Shown here piece after piece: positions 41,816-54,641 of a stretch of 64,000 bases of DNA. Position numbers and translations under genes: made by a program. Where the stretch lies: NCBI RefSeq assembly GCF_000181795.1, contig NW_003526940.1:3281320-3345319 (forward strand), in the 5' to 3' direction. Numbering within the stretch: position 1 is the stretch's first letter; each line of letters begins with the position of its first letter. The notes beneath the pieces are model-generated. The model worked only from the letters and a program-made list of their open reading frames with translations. It was not told where the DNA came from and did no database searches. Origin of the DNA: Trichinella spiralis. Lineage: Eukaryota.

Positions 41816-44410
41816 TGTTGTCGTTGTACTCGTGATAGTGGAACTTAGTATTGTCGTCTGTATATTCTTTTTTTGTGCATGCTTTTGTTTGTATAGTTCA
41901 TTCCTAGCTGCATAAAGCGTTTGCTCGGTTAACCCTTTCGTGGCCGTTGTTGCCATATGGCAACATGATGTTTAGAGAACCGTAGCATTTGATCTGTTTT
42001 GTAATATTGCTCAGTATTTTTCTGTTTTGCTTTATCTTCCTTCTTCTTCATTTGTCGATAAATTTATTGCGCTGCTATATTTTGAAAAGTATTTGAAACA
42101 TTCCTATACAAGGTACTTGCAGTGCATTAGCAAAATACAGTTCCAATTGTAGCAGAAGATGATATTTATTGAAAACCCCATAGTCACCATTGTGATAATA
42201 AAAAAAATCAGCTATCGTCATGGATTGCGACTTGCACGTTCGTCTCACTAGAAGCGGAAGAATAATCCAAAAGCTCATTGTGCTGCCTGATGTAGATATA
42301 TCTGAACCTGAAACGGACAGTGTTGATGATCAGAGATCGTCCTTTGTGGTTGAAAGTTCAGCGAAGTTAACATCTGATGATGAAGAAACTGAGACTTTCA
42401 AGAAGACAGAATTTAGGTGGAAGAAAAAAAGAATGCCTCCTATAGATGCCACATTTAAGGGTATGTGGTGCTTGGTCACTTACTTCTAGATAATAAATCT
42501 TTGCATTTGCAGAAACAGCATCTGATTCTTCATGCGTTTTGCAAGAACCAGTTGAATATTTTAGACAGTACTTCCATCCAACACTTTTAAACATATTGTT
42601 GAGCAATCTCACGTCTATGCGGCCCAGTGTAACTGGAATTTTCAGATAACTGAGTCTGAATTGGAAATATTTCTCAGAACGCTATTGAAAATGGGACTTG
42701 TTCCAATGCTGCGGTATTCGATGTACTGGTCTACGGAGCTGCGGTGTGATGCTATCGCGGATGCAATGAGTCGAAACAGGTTTCAGGAGGTACTGCGTTA
42801 TTTTCATTTTAATGACAACAGTGAAGCGGTACTTGACCGAGAAAGCCCACGGTATGATCGACTGTTTAAAATACGACCTTTCATTGAGAGCATCTGTCAA
42901 TCATGCCTGCGTTAGGAACAGGAAAAATACCAGTCGATTGACGAAGAAATCATCCCATATAAAGGAAGAAATAAGCTGAAACAGTACATCCCAAAGAAGC
43001 CAAAGAAATGGGGCATCAAAGTTAACACGCGGACAGGAGTGTCAGGGTTGCTGTACGACTTCTGCTTTTATGAAGGTAAAGTGCCAAGAGTAAAGAACCC
43101 CAATGGCTGCCTCAGTTTTGATGTTGTAATGAAGCTCTGTGAAACGGTTCCAAAACATCGAAATTTTAAAATATTTTTCGATAATTATTTCACCCACCTC
43201 GACCTGCAACTAAAACTATTAAAAAAAGGCATCACACCATTGGAACGATTCGGAGAAACAGACTGAAAAACGCGCCACTGAAAACGGAGAAAGAGTTGAA
43301 AAAGGCTGGTCGGGGTGCCTTCCAGGTCTCTGCACCACTGCAGAAAGTTCGTTCGTTCGCATCGTTCGATGGCACGACAGTGCAGTGGTGGATTTATCTT
43401 CCACTTGCGGCCTGTGTGTAAAGTAAAACAGTAAAATAAGAAAGAGAAAACCTTGGTCAACGTGTCCTGCCCGGCAATTGTAAAAGAGTACAACAAGTAC
43501 ATGGACAGCGTAGATTTGGCGGGCATGTTGCGAGCACTGTACCGAATAGACTACCGCAGTAGAAAATGGTACAGAAGAATATTTTTTGGACAATCCACGT
43601 GGCAGTAGTAAACGGGTGGCTGCAATACAAAAGAGACCTTAAAACAAGTGAAGCCGCCAGTGGCAGCCAGAAAGATTTAATGCAGTTCACGCTGGATGTT
43701 GCAGAAACCTTGACAAAAGTGAATAAAGCATATCCCAGAAAATCCCATGGTCGCATGTGTAACTTCTTCCAGCAGAAGGCGGGCAAGAAGACCAGAGCCA
43801 AGCACAGCCGCCAGATTAGACCAGGTTGCACAATGGCCAGAAGTCATACAACAAAAGAACCGATGCCGCGGCTGTGAAAAACATCAAGAGTGCGATGCGT
43901 CAAAGGCAACATTCATCTTTGTTTGACACAGCAGCGAAACTGTTTTCAGGAATATCATAAAAATTAGTCCTTCATAATAACTATTCGATATTATTTTTAG
44001 AAATAAAAGTACTGTTTGCTGACTTCAAAACATTGCACATTTTATACCCTTTAACGGCCGTTGTTGCCATATGGCAACATGACAAACTGCCAATAATTTC
44101 ATAAAAACAAATTATTATTCGTAAATAACGCTTAAATCAGTTATGTGAGTTACATTCAAAGTCAAAAAAATTTGGCCGTAAAAGGATTAAATAAAAAGAC
44201 TGACTTAGCAATAAAAATCGTTAACGTTACATTGGCGACAACGACAACGACAAACAACCCGGCAAGGAAGAAACTAGCGGAACGTTGAAGACCATTATTC
44301 TTGACAGGACGATAGCAGTTCCGGAGCACTACGACGGTTCAAGCGATTGGGATGAATGGTTAGAACACTGCGAGTATGCCGCCGCAGTGAACGACTGGAA
44401 TAAGGCGAAA
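41816..44410 (+). mobile_element. Gypsy 5' LTR (split by the piggyBac), PBS and gag stub
   Basis: LTR ends ..GTTACA at 44231, followed by TGGCGAC and gag-like VPEHYDGSSDWDEWLEHCEYAAAVNDW. Left boundary approximate. Confidence 0.6.
41933..44186 (+). mobile_element. piggyBac-superfamily transposon with pseudogenised transposase (~42220-43967, intron 42461-42512)
   Basis: TTAA at 41929-41932 and 44187-44190; ends CCCTTTCGTGGCC / GGCCGTAAAAGGA; motifs MSRNRF..HFNDN, SIDE..YKGR..KQYIPKKPKKWG, FFDNYFT, YNKYMDSVD, Cys-rich tail HLCL..NCFQEYH; in-frame stop at 42913 and frameshifts. Confidence 0.93.
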
Positions 44411-44508
44411 AAATGGAATGAGGATAATAAAATAGTTACCACTATCATTAAGCCAAATGGCGAGATGCACATTTCGCCAATTACCACTTCTCGCACGGTA
44501 TTCATTCC

Positions 44509-45810
44509 TGTAATATCTTGTTCACTTATAGATAAAGGTCTTTACTAACAACAGACACAACACACACACACACTTAACAGATAACATCCACACAAAAATA
44601 CACACAATGACTACTGCATATATCGGATGGTCATGTGCAATTCTTATTTTGATTAACAAATTAATTACATATGCTACATCATCTCCTTTGCTTCTTTTTT
44701 GTGTTGCCAATGTTATGTAGTCTTGCCACTTTCCTGGAATGTTCCGCTTCCCACTGCTGCGTCTTAGATTCTCTTCGTTTGAAATGTTATTTTGTCTTCC
44801 AGTTTCCCTGTTATTCTTCTCAAATAGCTTTGGATCCTTCAGAACACTACTTCACTTTCTTAATTGATCCGCATGCCTCCGTTTTCTTTCTCCTGTCACG
44901 AGTACTTCATAAGACAATTTTCCTTTCAGAATGTTCTACGATTCCTGAACTCCATCCTTTATTCAGCTTGTTCTTTATCCACACTTCTCCTATCTCGAAT
45001 TCTCTGCTGTTGCTCTTCCTATCATGATACATTTTCTGCTTCTGTATTCGTTATCTCTTTTGATGTTCATATCCGGCTTAATTTTGTCTAACAAGGTGGG
45101 TAATCTTCTTCCCACGTGGAATTCTGCTGGAGATCGTCCTGTTGTCTTGTGTGATATATTCCTATATGATAATAATAATTTCTGAACTCGCCTACTTATT
45201 TCGCCTTCGTCGTTTTTAGCTGCTCGCATTCTTCTTTTAAATGTTCTCATAAATCTCTCTGCCAGACCATTTGTTTACAGATGGTACGCACTTGTGGCAA
45301 TGTGTTAGACACGATTTTGTCTACAAAGATCTCAAAATCCTTGTGATCGGAACACTGGACCGATGTCTGTTACGATGGTAGCTGGTACTCCATGTCTAGT
45401 AAACCATTCTCGTAACTTCTCAATTAGAGCTTTTGTTATCATTTTCATCATTCCGACTTCAGACGATTTGGAATACGCGTCGATTGCTATAAACTATTGT
45501 CTTTCTTGAAAAGGTCCTCTAAAATCCAAGTGGATTCGTGTCCATGGTTTGGACGGTGTATGCCAGGAGAATAATGGTGCTTCCAATTCATTTTCTCGAT
45601 TCTCTTGGTATGGATAACACTTTTCCACAAACGGCTGAATATCTTGGTCACAGTTCGGTCACAGATATAATATCTCGTGAGCGTTTTTATGGCCGCTATG
45701 CCAGGATGTCCTTCATGTAGCACTTTCAGAATTTTCCCTCTGAGTGTTTCTGGAATTATAATTCTCTCCATGGAATTCCATCTTTCCCATGGAACAGTTC
45801 TAATACGCGT
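44509..45810 (-). mobile_element. Gypsy 3' fragment: integrase remnant, PPT and 3' LTR (44509-44678)
   Basis: LHEGHPG, IHLDF.GPF, NGLAERFMRTFK, HKTTGRSPAE; purine tract aaagaagcaaaggagatga precedes a TGTA..TACA LTR. Confidence 0.75.
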
Positions 45811-45819
45811 CCCATCATC

Positions 45820-48800
45820 TACCAACCTTTATTCACGTTGTCTTCCGCTATTAAAACGATGTCTCCTACATTCGGTTCCATAATATCGCCACTCCATTTC
45901 GATGGAGTACAAAACGTAACTATACTCTGATCTCCATTTTTTCCAGAAGTGGGCGATCAGTTTCTTTCGGTAACGCCAACGCTTTGTCAAACCTCCGATG
46001 GCATTCGTAGTTGATTCAAGGTGATTTAGGCAGTAAGGTGCATCTGAAGAATGGGATCTGAAAATCAATCTATCAAAAAATGGGATGGGGTCAACGCATT
46101 CAAATGTCATCACCAACAAAAGTTAAGGGACGAGCTTTCATTTGTGCTTCAATTCCGCACAGGACTGTAGCTAACTCTTCCTCGTCAAGTGATGTTCTAC
46201 GTAGTGCCTTCCTCAACGCCGTCTTCACCAACCGAACCAAAAGTTCCAAGTACCCACCACACCATGGCGCTCGAGGTGTTATATACTTCCATTCTATTCT
46301 CTTCGATGTCAAAGTGCGGTGTGTTTCACGTACCAATTCGTTGATACTCTGTCCAATTTCTTTGAACGATGTGAAATTATCGGATTGGATAATCCTAGGT
46401 TGGCCTCGCCGGGCGAAGAATCGATCATGGGCTTGTAAAAACCGTTGTGCGGTTAAACTGGATACTAATTCCAAATGGATTGCTCGCGTTGTCATACACG
46501 TAAAGAGACAAATATACACTTTTCTAACCGAATTTCCTTCTCGCACATACAAAGGGCCAGCTAAGTCTGACCCGTGTTCTCAAAGGGCGAGACTTCGACC
46601 ACTCTTTGGCGACTCTCAGTAAATCGCTCATCTTCGGTAGAAAAGGTTTGGGTTAAGAATTCTGGTTTGGAAAAGGTCTCTTTTTTACAAGTCACGCATT
46701 CTTTTATCACCTGTTTCACGATAGAGCGACCATTCACCATCCAATATCTCTGGTGTAGACAAGACAGTGCATGATCGACTCCAGCATGTAAATGTCGAAT
46801 GTGTTGATCTCTCACCAACAGCTTCACTAACGGGTGTTGATTTGACAACAGGAGTGGATATTTCGTGTGGAACGGGAGGTCGGAGTGTCGTAAACGTCCA
46901 CTAAATCGAAGCATTCCGTTATCATCGATATATGGATTCAATGGCCATAATCTGCTACTTTTCGGCAGTTTCTCTCTCGTTTCAGTAATACCAATTCTTC
47001 GGGGAATTCTTCGTTCTGTAACGTTTTCAACCAGAATTGTTCCGCTTGATCGATTTCTCGCACGTGGAGCGGAGTTGTCTTTCGCTCTTCAGGAGTTACT
47101 TTGCAGTTTGTAATAAAACAAAAGACGTAAGCTGTAACGTTAAGCAGTTTCGTCAGACTACTATATTTCTGGACATCTAGAACTGCTTCGGTTTTTGCTT
47201 GCACGTGTAACTCACAAGTTGATTTCCGAACTTCAGCTTGAAATTCTGGGCTCCTATCTATGGTTAGTTCTAGCTTTGCCGTAGGCCAAGCATCTTCACA
47301 TTCTGTTAACCAATGTGGACCATGCCACCACAAATTATTACTCACCAGGTCCTTCAGACGGCATCCTCTAGTTAAAACATCAGCGGGGTTGTCGGTAGTG
47401 GGGCAGTATCTCCACCACTGCGCATCCGTCAGCTCTAATAGGGATTATACTCTATTTCCCACGAAAGCTTTCCACCTATAGTTATCCCCTTGGATCCATC
47501 GAAGTGCTATTTGGCTGTCTGTAGAACAGACAATCCTACTAAATTTCACTTCTAGACTGGTCTTTACGAAAGAAACAAGTCTGGCTGTGATCAAGGCCGC
47601 CATCAACTCTAATCGTGGTAGGGTTACTCTTTTTACTGGCGCGATTCGGGTCTTACTCATTACCAAGTTCGTAATGATCTCACCCAATACGGTAGCTATT
47701 CTCAGATAGACCGTACTCCCGTACACCATCTCTGATGCATCTCCCTACCCATACAACTCTACCTCTTTGATGCAATCAGTTCCAACTAGTAACAAACACC
47801 TGGGTAGCCTTATTTCTAATATCGATGGAATTTCGGTTATCCAATCTTGCCAGTCTTTCAGCATGTTCTGTGGGAGAGGGATATCCCAATCAATTCCTTT
47901 TCGCCACAGTACTTGTAACATACGTTTGGCTTTGACCAAAAACGGAGACAGATATCCTAGCGGATCAAAATTCTTCATAACCTCACTCATCATTCCCCTC
48001 TTTGTCATCTGCTGATCAGACCTTTCGACACAGATTGCTGGGAAGGTGATTGTGTCTTCCTTGTTATCCCACACGATCCCTAGTGCCATTTTCGGTTTGC
48101 AATCTGATGCAACATCCTTTTCCGGGAGGGATCGCAGTACTGTTGGTTCATTACTTGACCATTTCGTTAAGCAAAATCCCGCGGTCTCCATCAACTGCTT
48201 CAATTCTTTCACACATCCTACTGTTTCCGTTCTATCGTCGAGTGAAAACAACAGGTCATCCACACTAGTTGGCACGTTTTGTCCCAATGCGGATTCAGAA
48301 GATCTAAGAGATTACGTACCAACGTAGGTGAAGACAATTCCGCGCGAGTTCTCAAATTAAACAATTCCATCATGATTTCTACAGCGGTGATTCGGGAAGA
48401 AGTCAGGTCTTTCCCCAGCGCTCTGAGCTCTCGTACATTCAGATTCAGTCGATTATGTAACTGCTGCAATTTTTCAGCCGAGGTTCCTACGCACGGTTCC
48501 ATCTCCAATAATTTTCTGATATGATTTTGTATCACCACATCTTTGCGACCAAAACGGTTCTTCAAAATTTCTATTGCAGCAAAGTAATTAGATGCTGTCT
48601 AAGATAAGCCATCTACTGCTGCAAGAGAAGAGCCGCTGAGAATTGAACGTAGATATGAGAACTTTGCTGAGTCGCTAATATCCTGGCGCGTATGGATACA
48701 GTCTTTAAATTGTTCCCAGAAAGCAGTAAATTCCAAGACGTCATTATGAAACGTTGGTAGTTCATATCGTAGCAGACGAACGTTGCCGGTGATGTCGCTT

Positions 48801-49230
48801 CCGTTCTTCACAAGCTCGGCGTTTTTTCCCTCGGTCTGTTTCTCAGTGAAATCTTCTGCGATAGATCAGATCTGTATGATTTCATTTTCGAGTGTTCTAA
48901 ACTCGTCAATTTCTATTTTCTAAGTCATTCTGACTCAGTCCTTATTCTAACTCTTCTTGGAGAAGTTGCATCTTTTCGAACTGCTTCTCAAGGTCCTTCA
49001 ATGCGTTCCGAACCTTATTTCGCGCTGCATTGTCAGTGTAAAGCTGGAGAATCTCTTCCGTCCATTTAAGGAGTCGAATCTTGTAACCAGCTTGCTTCTT
49101 CTACAGACCTTCAGCTCTCATATTCCAACCTTGAACTGAAGATCTGTCAAATGGAACTTGCTCAGCAGTTTCAAAGTCGTATCGAGCTGTGTTCTTTGTT
49201 TTTCCGCAGCTCCCGGCTCGTGGCACCAAG
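45820..49230 (-). mobile_element. BEL/Pao retrotransposon, internally deleted and degenerate
   Basis: PBS-like TGGTGCCACGAGCCGGG near 49228; gag ELPTF..FWEQF..KFSYLRS; VDD; FDPLGYLSP; SKTRIAPVKRVTLPRLELMAA; NPAD..RG; integrase TRAIHLELV..SDN..APWCGG..E. Confidence 0.9.
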
Positions 49231-49439
49231 AATAATATATAGAAAAAGTAGAGACAATAAAGTAAGGCTTCCTGTATGGTTCTTGCCGCGAGTTACGAAA
49301 TTCAAATAAGCAAGAACAACCGTAAATGATTGTCCCTCGTAAAGCTTCAATAATACTGATTCCTACTAATAACCTCTTCTTCTGCTTCATGAATGAATCG
49401 AGTAATATACAAATATTGTGTATTGTTGCAAATATTGTT

Positions 49440-50230
49440 CCTCACTAGTCGTCGATAATCACAAGGTGGATCACTTCGTGTGGTGCAAAGAGCCCCAGTG
49501 CATCGGCCACGTTCTTCCGAATAAAGGAGCTCTGGGAACCAGGATCGAGAAAGCAGTGGACAACCATACCTTGGCCATCCTTCCCGAAAGTGCGTGCGCG
49601 CACGCTCTGCAGGCGGACTTGATGAGCGCCTCCACTCGCGGTCAACATGCAGCTCTGAGACTTCAGTGGCTCAGACGTTTTGTCCTGAAACGGCGTCTGC
49701 GGAGGGTGCAGAAGCCCATGATGATGACCCTCACATCCAGACACCGAACATTTCCGTCCCGCCCTGCAAGCTCTCGCCTGGTGGCCATTCTGCAGACACC
49801 ATAAGCACAACTTATTCTTGACTGCCATGCTGGAGCACGCCTGAACGTCTGCCTTCCGAAACTCTTCACAAAAGACAACGTGGTTGGCACTCCTACAGAA
49901 TGGGCGGCTGCTGGTGATTGTCGCGTGCAGCACGGTTGAGAACACCTTTGCTGGCGGCCTGTTTCGCTTTTCAGGGGTTCGGCGTAACTCTCGACGATCT
50001 GGTCTTGTATCTTGGGTCGTACCACTTGACAATCAGTCCTCCACCTAAGAGGGCAGTCGCTGCACGCTTCGTGGCGGCCTGAACTTAAGCGAAGTCAATG
50101 AAGTCTCATAGGTCGTTCTTCGCGCCCGAACCCGACTGCACGTTGATGTCGAGAAACCCTTCCGCTAGAAAAGGCAGGAAGGCTTCGTTTGCAGTCATAT
50201 CTCCCGTCGACGGGTCTTTACCCATGGCGA
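49440..50230 (-). mobile_element. Second BEL/Pao fragment (Cys/His knuckles and protease)
   Basis: CLWCLQNGHQARAC..CSVSGCEGHHHGLLH; VHCFLDPGSQSSFI. Confidence 0.8.
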
Positions 50231-50239
50231 TCAGGCATC

Positions 50240-50600
50240 GGAGTTGTCGTGTGATCTCGTCCACCAGGGTGTAGATGCCGCACCCTCAGTCGGTGCATGG
50301 TTTGACGTCCCGGAGTGGTGGCAGTGATACAGTGATTGCAAACTGCGGTTCCTTGGCTTTGACGGAATGATCAACCGTATTCCCCATAGTAGAAAACCTC
50401 CTGCTTCTGTAATGTCAAGCCCTCGCACGAAAAATGGACGCAGTTCCGGTGCAAGTTTTGACGAATCTGCCGTCCATCCTTGGCGGATGAGTTGCAACAC
50501 CTTTTTCAACAACGCGTCTTGACTTGTTTGCTCGCGAACCTCTTTGACCGATACCAGTGGTTCCATTATTTCATCCAGAAAAGCAAAGGACCCAACTTCC
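50240..50600 (-). mobile_element. Gypsy pol fragment (RNase H-integrase linker)
   Basis: VREQTSQDALLKKVLQLIRQGW..LLWGIRLIIP..LYHCHHSG. Confidence 0.6.
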
Positions 50601-51168
50601 GTGGGGGTAGCATCCTGCAGGCAATCATTTTCGACCACGTGGACCAGGTACAGATGAACGTTAGTCGCCAACCTTTGGAATCGATGGAAAAAGGACTACA
50701 TCGTGAACTTGTCGCAAAGGAAGAAATTGTGAACAAATAAGCAAGAACCACACGTTGGAGACCATGATAAATGACCGATGGCAAGAGTCATCGAAGTACC
50801 CCGGAAGCAACCCAGTGGTTCGAATGGTGAAAGTTAAGACGCTCAGAGGAAGGTACAATCGACCAGTACGTACATCACGTTTACCAGAGCCTACGGTAGA
50901 AACTGATGGACTCCGCCCATCGCGGGGAAGTATGTTACAGACAGCAGGAACTGATTAATACACGATCATTGTTATGGTATGAAGCCTCAGGCGGAAACAT
51001 CCATACACCGAACCTGAACATCTACAGTATACAGTCACAAAAAATATTGATTGAACTCTCTTCAGTTAGTATTTACATTTCCGCTTGATATTGGCTAATA
51101 AACGTTTATTGTTTCTGTTCTTGCTGTGCATCGGTTTACGGAATAGCCGCAGACGCGGGGCTATAACA
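50600..51168 (+). mobile_element. BEL/Pao 3' end with PPT and 3' LTR (50933-51168)
   Basis: LWNRWKKDYIVNL, YPG..VVRMVKVKT..RPV; CGGGGAAG purine tract, then TGTTA..TAACA with internal AATAAA. Confidence 0.75.
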
Positions 51169-51689
51169 ACCATCAAGTAAGTTGTACAGTAAATAGAGGG
51201 TGTAAATTACGTGTGTGTAATGAGCAGTGCGAGATTCCTAGTATTTTAGACGAGCGTGTTGGGAGAACAACTCCACGACGAAATTTAGAATTGTATTCGA
51301 TGGGTCAGCAAAGTACAAACGTATCTCCCTCAATGAGTTTAGGATTATTGCATTGTGTTTGTGCTTACAAGAATAAAAGGATCTACCTTCGAACTTGTAT
51401 GGACTTACGCGCTCGACGAATAGTTCTCTGTGAACAACTTGAGCAAAGTATATCTAGGCTACCCGAACGAACTAATTGAGAGTTCGTAACGATCGCTATA
51501 ATAAGTTCATTACGTCGCAGGCGGAACTGAATTCCCACCAAATTAAATACAGTACATTCTTGACTCGAACATAGAAGACACCGACGTCGAAACATCGGTA
51601 ACACTAGCAACTAACTGCAAGAGAGAACAGGCTACCGTAACATGCTCATTTGAGAATCATTAAATACAGTAGATGAATCGTGCATTACC

Positions 51690-52580
51690 AGGTACAAATT
51701 CAGATGGCATATTAAAAATGGACCTGACTTCGCCGGATCCGCACCTATTTTCCATTGTCCAACACGTCCACACTGTTGACATCTGTCGCTCTTGTGGCTG
51801 CAGCCAGACACTCAACGGTCCATCTTGCCACAACGCTGACATCCAGACTTCTTATTTCCGTCCATCTGAGCGGGCACTTTGCTTTTGCCTCATCCTTCTC
51901 TAAACACCGCATCGGGTCTGACGTACCGTGGCAAGCGGCTGAACACCAGGCGCATCTTCAACTGTTGGGCGTCATGTGGCCACCTATCGATCAGCAGCTT
52001 CCATCTGCTGGGTTGATTGAATTATTTTTTTCAAAAGCCAAGTCAGATTGCAACAATAACCGTCGTTTCATGGCGTCACTGTGCAGGCCAAAAATAAATT
52101 GATCACGCAATGCCGAAGACAAGTGCGTATGAAAAGCACAATTTAACGACAACCGCTTCAGCTCAGCTACGAAAGATTGGACACTGTCAACAAGCATTCC
52201 GTCTGCAGTTGAGGAACTTCTGTCGCTCCACAACTTCCAACGTGACTGGCTGAAAATGATCCGTCAAAATACCAACATCGTGGTTGGATCCTTCGGTAGG
52301 ACATGATTCGCCAACAGTTGAAAATGCTTATTGCCCATGACGGTGAAGTAAACGCTGTGCGTTCACCTTCCGGAACCGAATTCATCATCAGTTACTGCTT
52401 AAACCGCGAAATGTTAACCGGAAACTGACGTATCGTCGAGTCAAAAGGGCCGATAGCACAAATGAACATCACACTCGTCGCCAAATGTTGTGCCTGTGCT
52501 CAATGCTCTTTATTTCTATATTTACCAACTAAGTATTACAGTAACGTGATCATCAAGAATTAATAATGTGACGCACTACA
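51690..52580 (-). mobile_element. Gypsy 5' fragment: short LTR (52486-52580), PBS, degenerate gag
   Basis: TGT..ACA LTR of about 95 bp, then TGGCGACGAG; FVAELKRLSLNCAF..LRDQFIFGL..MKRRLL. Confidence 0.7.
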
Positions 52581-52583
52581 TAT

Positions 52584-53390
52584 TGTTACGTCCGTAACGA
52601 CGCCGACCCCGTCGGCGTGACCCCACCCGCGCCCATGGTGCCCGACGGTCGCGGACGGAGGAAGAACAATACCCGCGCACCGCTGACCAGATCGTTATCT
52701 CGGCGTCTGGCAGCCCCGGACAGGGGTCAAAGAGACCCCTGTGGCGGTTACGGATGACCGTTGCGCGCCAGACAATGGCTGTTTACGTCATTGCGCCAGT
52801 TGCGGGTCGTGAAAGTACTTTGAAGAAGCCGCCAAATGGACGAGCACGCCAAATGACCATCGCGGGATCAAAGGGGCCGAAAGAATGGCAGCTTAATTGG
52901 AAGTCGACGGTGATTCAGATCGGCGCCTTTGATATCCAGCTCACCCGCTGTAAGAGAGCCGCCCATTGGCGGTCCGAGCGAGCCACCCGCCGGTGCCGCC
53001 GACCCGAGCTCTATATATCTGGCTACAAACGCGCGCCGCAACATTAACATCGGGAGAAGTTGTGGAAGTTAGTCGATTTGCTGTCTGTGGAGTAATCACC
53101 GAATTCTCGTGCTGTTGTTTGTTCCTGTTATATACTGACTCTCTGTTCGCTGCGGTCGACGGAGTGCGTTCCTCTGATTATTCGTAATCGAATAAAACGA
53201 ACGTATATTCGTTGTGTGTATTCGATCTGCTTGCATTCTACCTTACGCGACCGTCTTCTTGACTACCCAGTATTCGGTTGGCCAAGAAGAATCTACACCA
53301 TACAGTCCACTCTCGTTTGCCCGACGATCGAACGTCTGGCAAATTGTACTTGAGCATCGCGAGCGTACAGTACCCTCCACGGTTCTTACA
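52584..53390 (+). mobile_element. Solo LTR, 807 bp, family shared with 62318-63092
   Basis: TGT..ACA ends; 5-bp TSD CATAT; TATATA near 53011; AATAAA at 53191. Confidence 0.9.
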
Positions 53391-54190
53391 CATATCCTAA
53401 TGGAAATATTTTGACCAATGAAGCACGAAGTTTTGCAGACATTCACAATCAACAGATAGGACTCGGTCCACCTAGGGCACGATTTTCACCGCTGTTTCAC
53501 AGCGTTATCTCATTGAACATTTTTGCCGTTTTCAGATTGGTTTTTACTGTCTAATTGTTCATTGGTACATACTTTTCTATTGTGATTAACTGTGTAACAC
53601 CTTGTGTTAGGGTTATGTTTTTCGGTCAATCAAGCGAGGCATATCATTGATTTTTGACGTTTATTCACAAACCCATACAAACACTAACAGCACACACACA
53701 TACGTATACGCTTACAATCGCACAACGCTCCGCTATCACGAAATATATTAATGTTTGTTATTGCTAGATCGATGTGGCTATTTGAATTTTAAATCGACCA
53801 ACGCAATAAACAATTATGAATGGGCGTCAGCTTTATTTTCTCCATTTCGACTTTGACCTTATTATGATTGCTTTCACTACCATGCCCATTACAACTGCAA
53901 TATTTTTCGTTTCAGTGATTCAAATTTTGGATTTTCAAGAATATATATATATATATATTTATTTATAATTTTATTTCTTCATGTCTGTGCTAATCAGCAG
54001 ACTATTTTGCACAGAAACATTCTCGCTTTTCGTTACAAGCATATCTGAATTAGGCAAATATGTAGTATACAGCTTTGTGTTACAACATCAACCAACAAAG
54101 AACAATCAGTAATAATCAACAACAAACAAATCTGAACTATATTACAATATATACAACGAACAAAGATAAACTATACAATAATAATTAATG

Positions 54191-54603
54191 GAGTGAAACT
54201 CGGATATAACGATGGGCATTGGGGACAGAGATTTTGGTCGTCATAACCGGGTTTGCATACATATAGTTAGTTTATTGATACATATATGGTTAAGTTTATT
54301 CAAAAACTTCACTTCTGGTGAAAAAATCTTCCAAGGTTGTCTGACGCGTTTCGGTCTGTGATCTTCGACGAATTGTATGACAACAGAGATGGCTTCAACA
54401 ATTCCTTCGTCAGCATTTTCTGTAGCTTCGATAAATCGCTCCAGATGGTCAACGCATTCATTTCAGTCCGGGTATGTTTTTAACGGGATACTTTCAACAG
54501 TTGCTGCATCTGTGTCAGAATCGTCATTGTTCACCTATTTCTCGCAATGGATGTCATTCACTATGTCATCCATTGCTAATACATCAGATGTAATAACAGC
54601 GGC

Positions 54604-54641
<38 letters not shown>

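Noticed and set aside
52754..53452. Multiple short ORFs within the two long LTRs (also 62299-63118)
   Set aside because: GC-rich LTR sequence; similarity between copies reflects nucleotide homology and most frames are not preserved.
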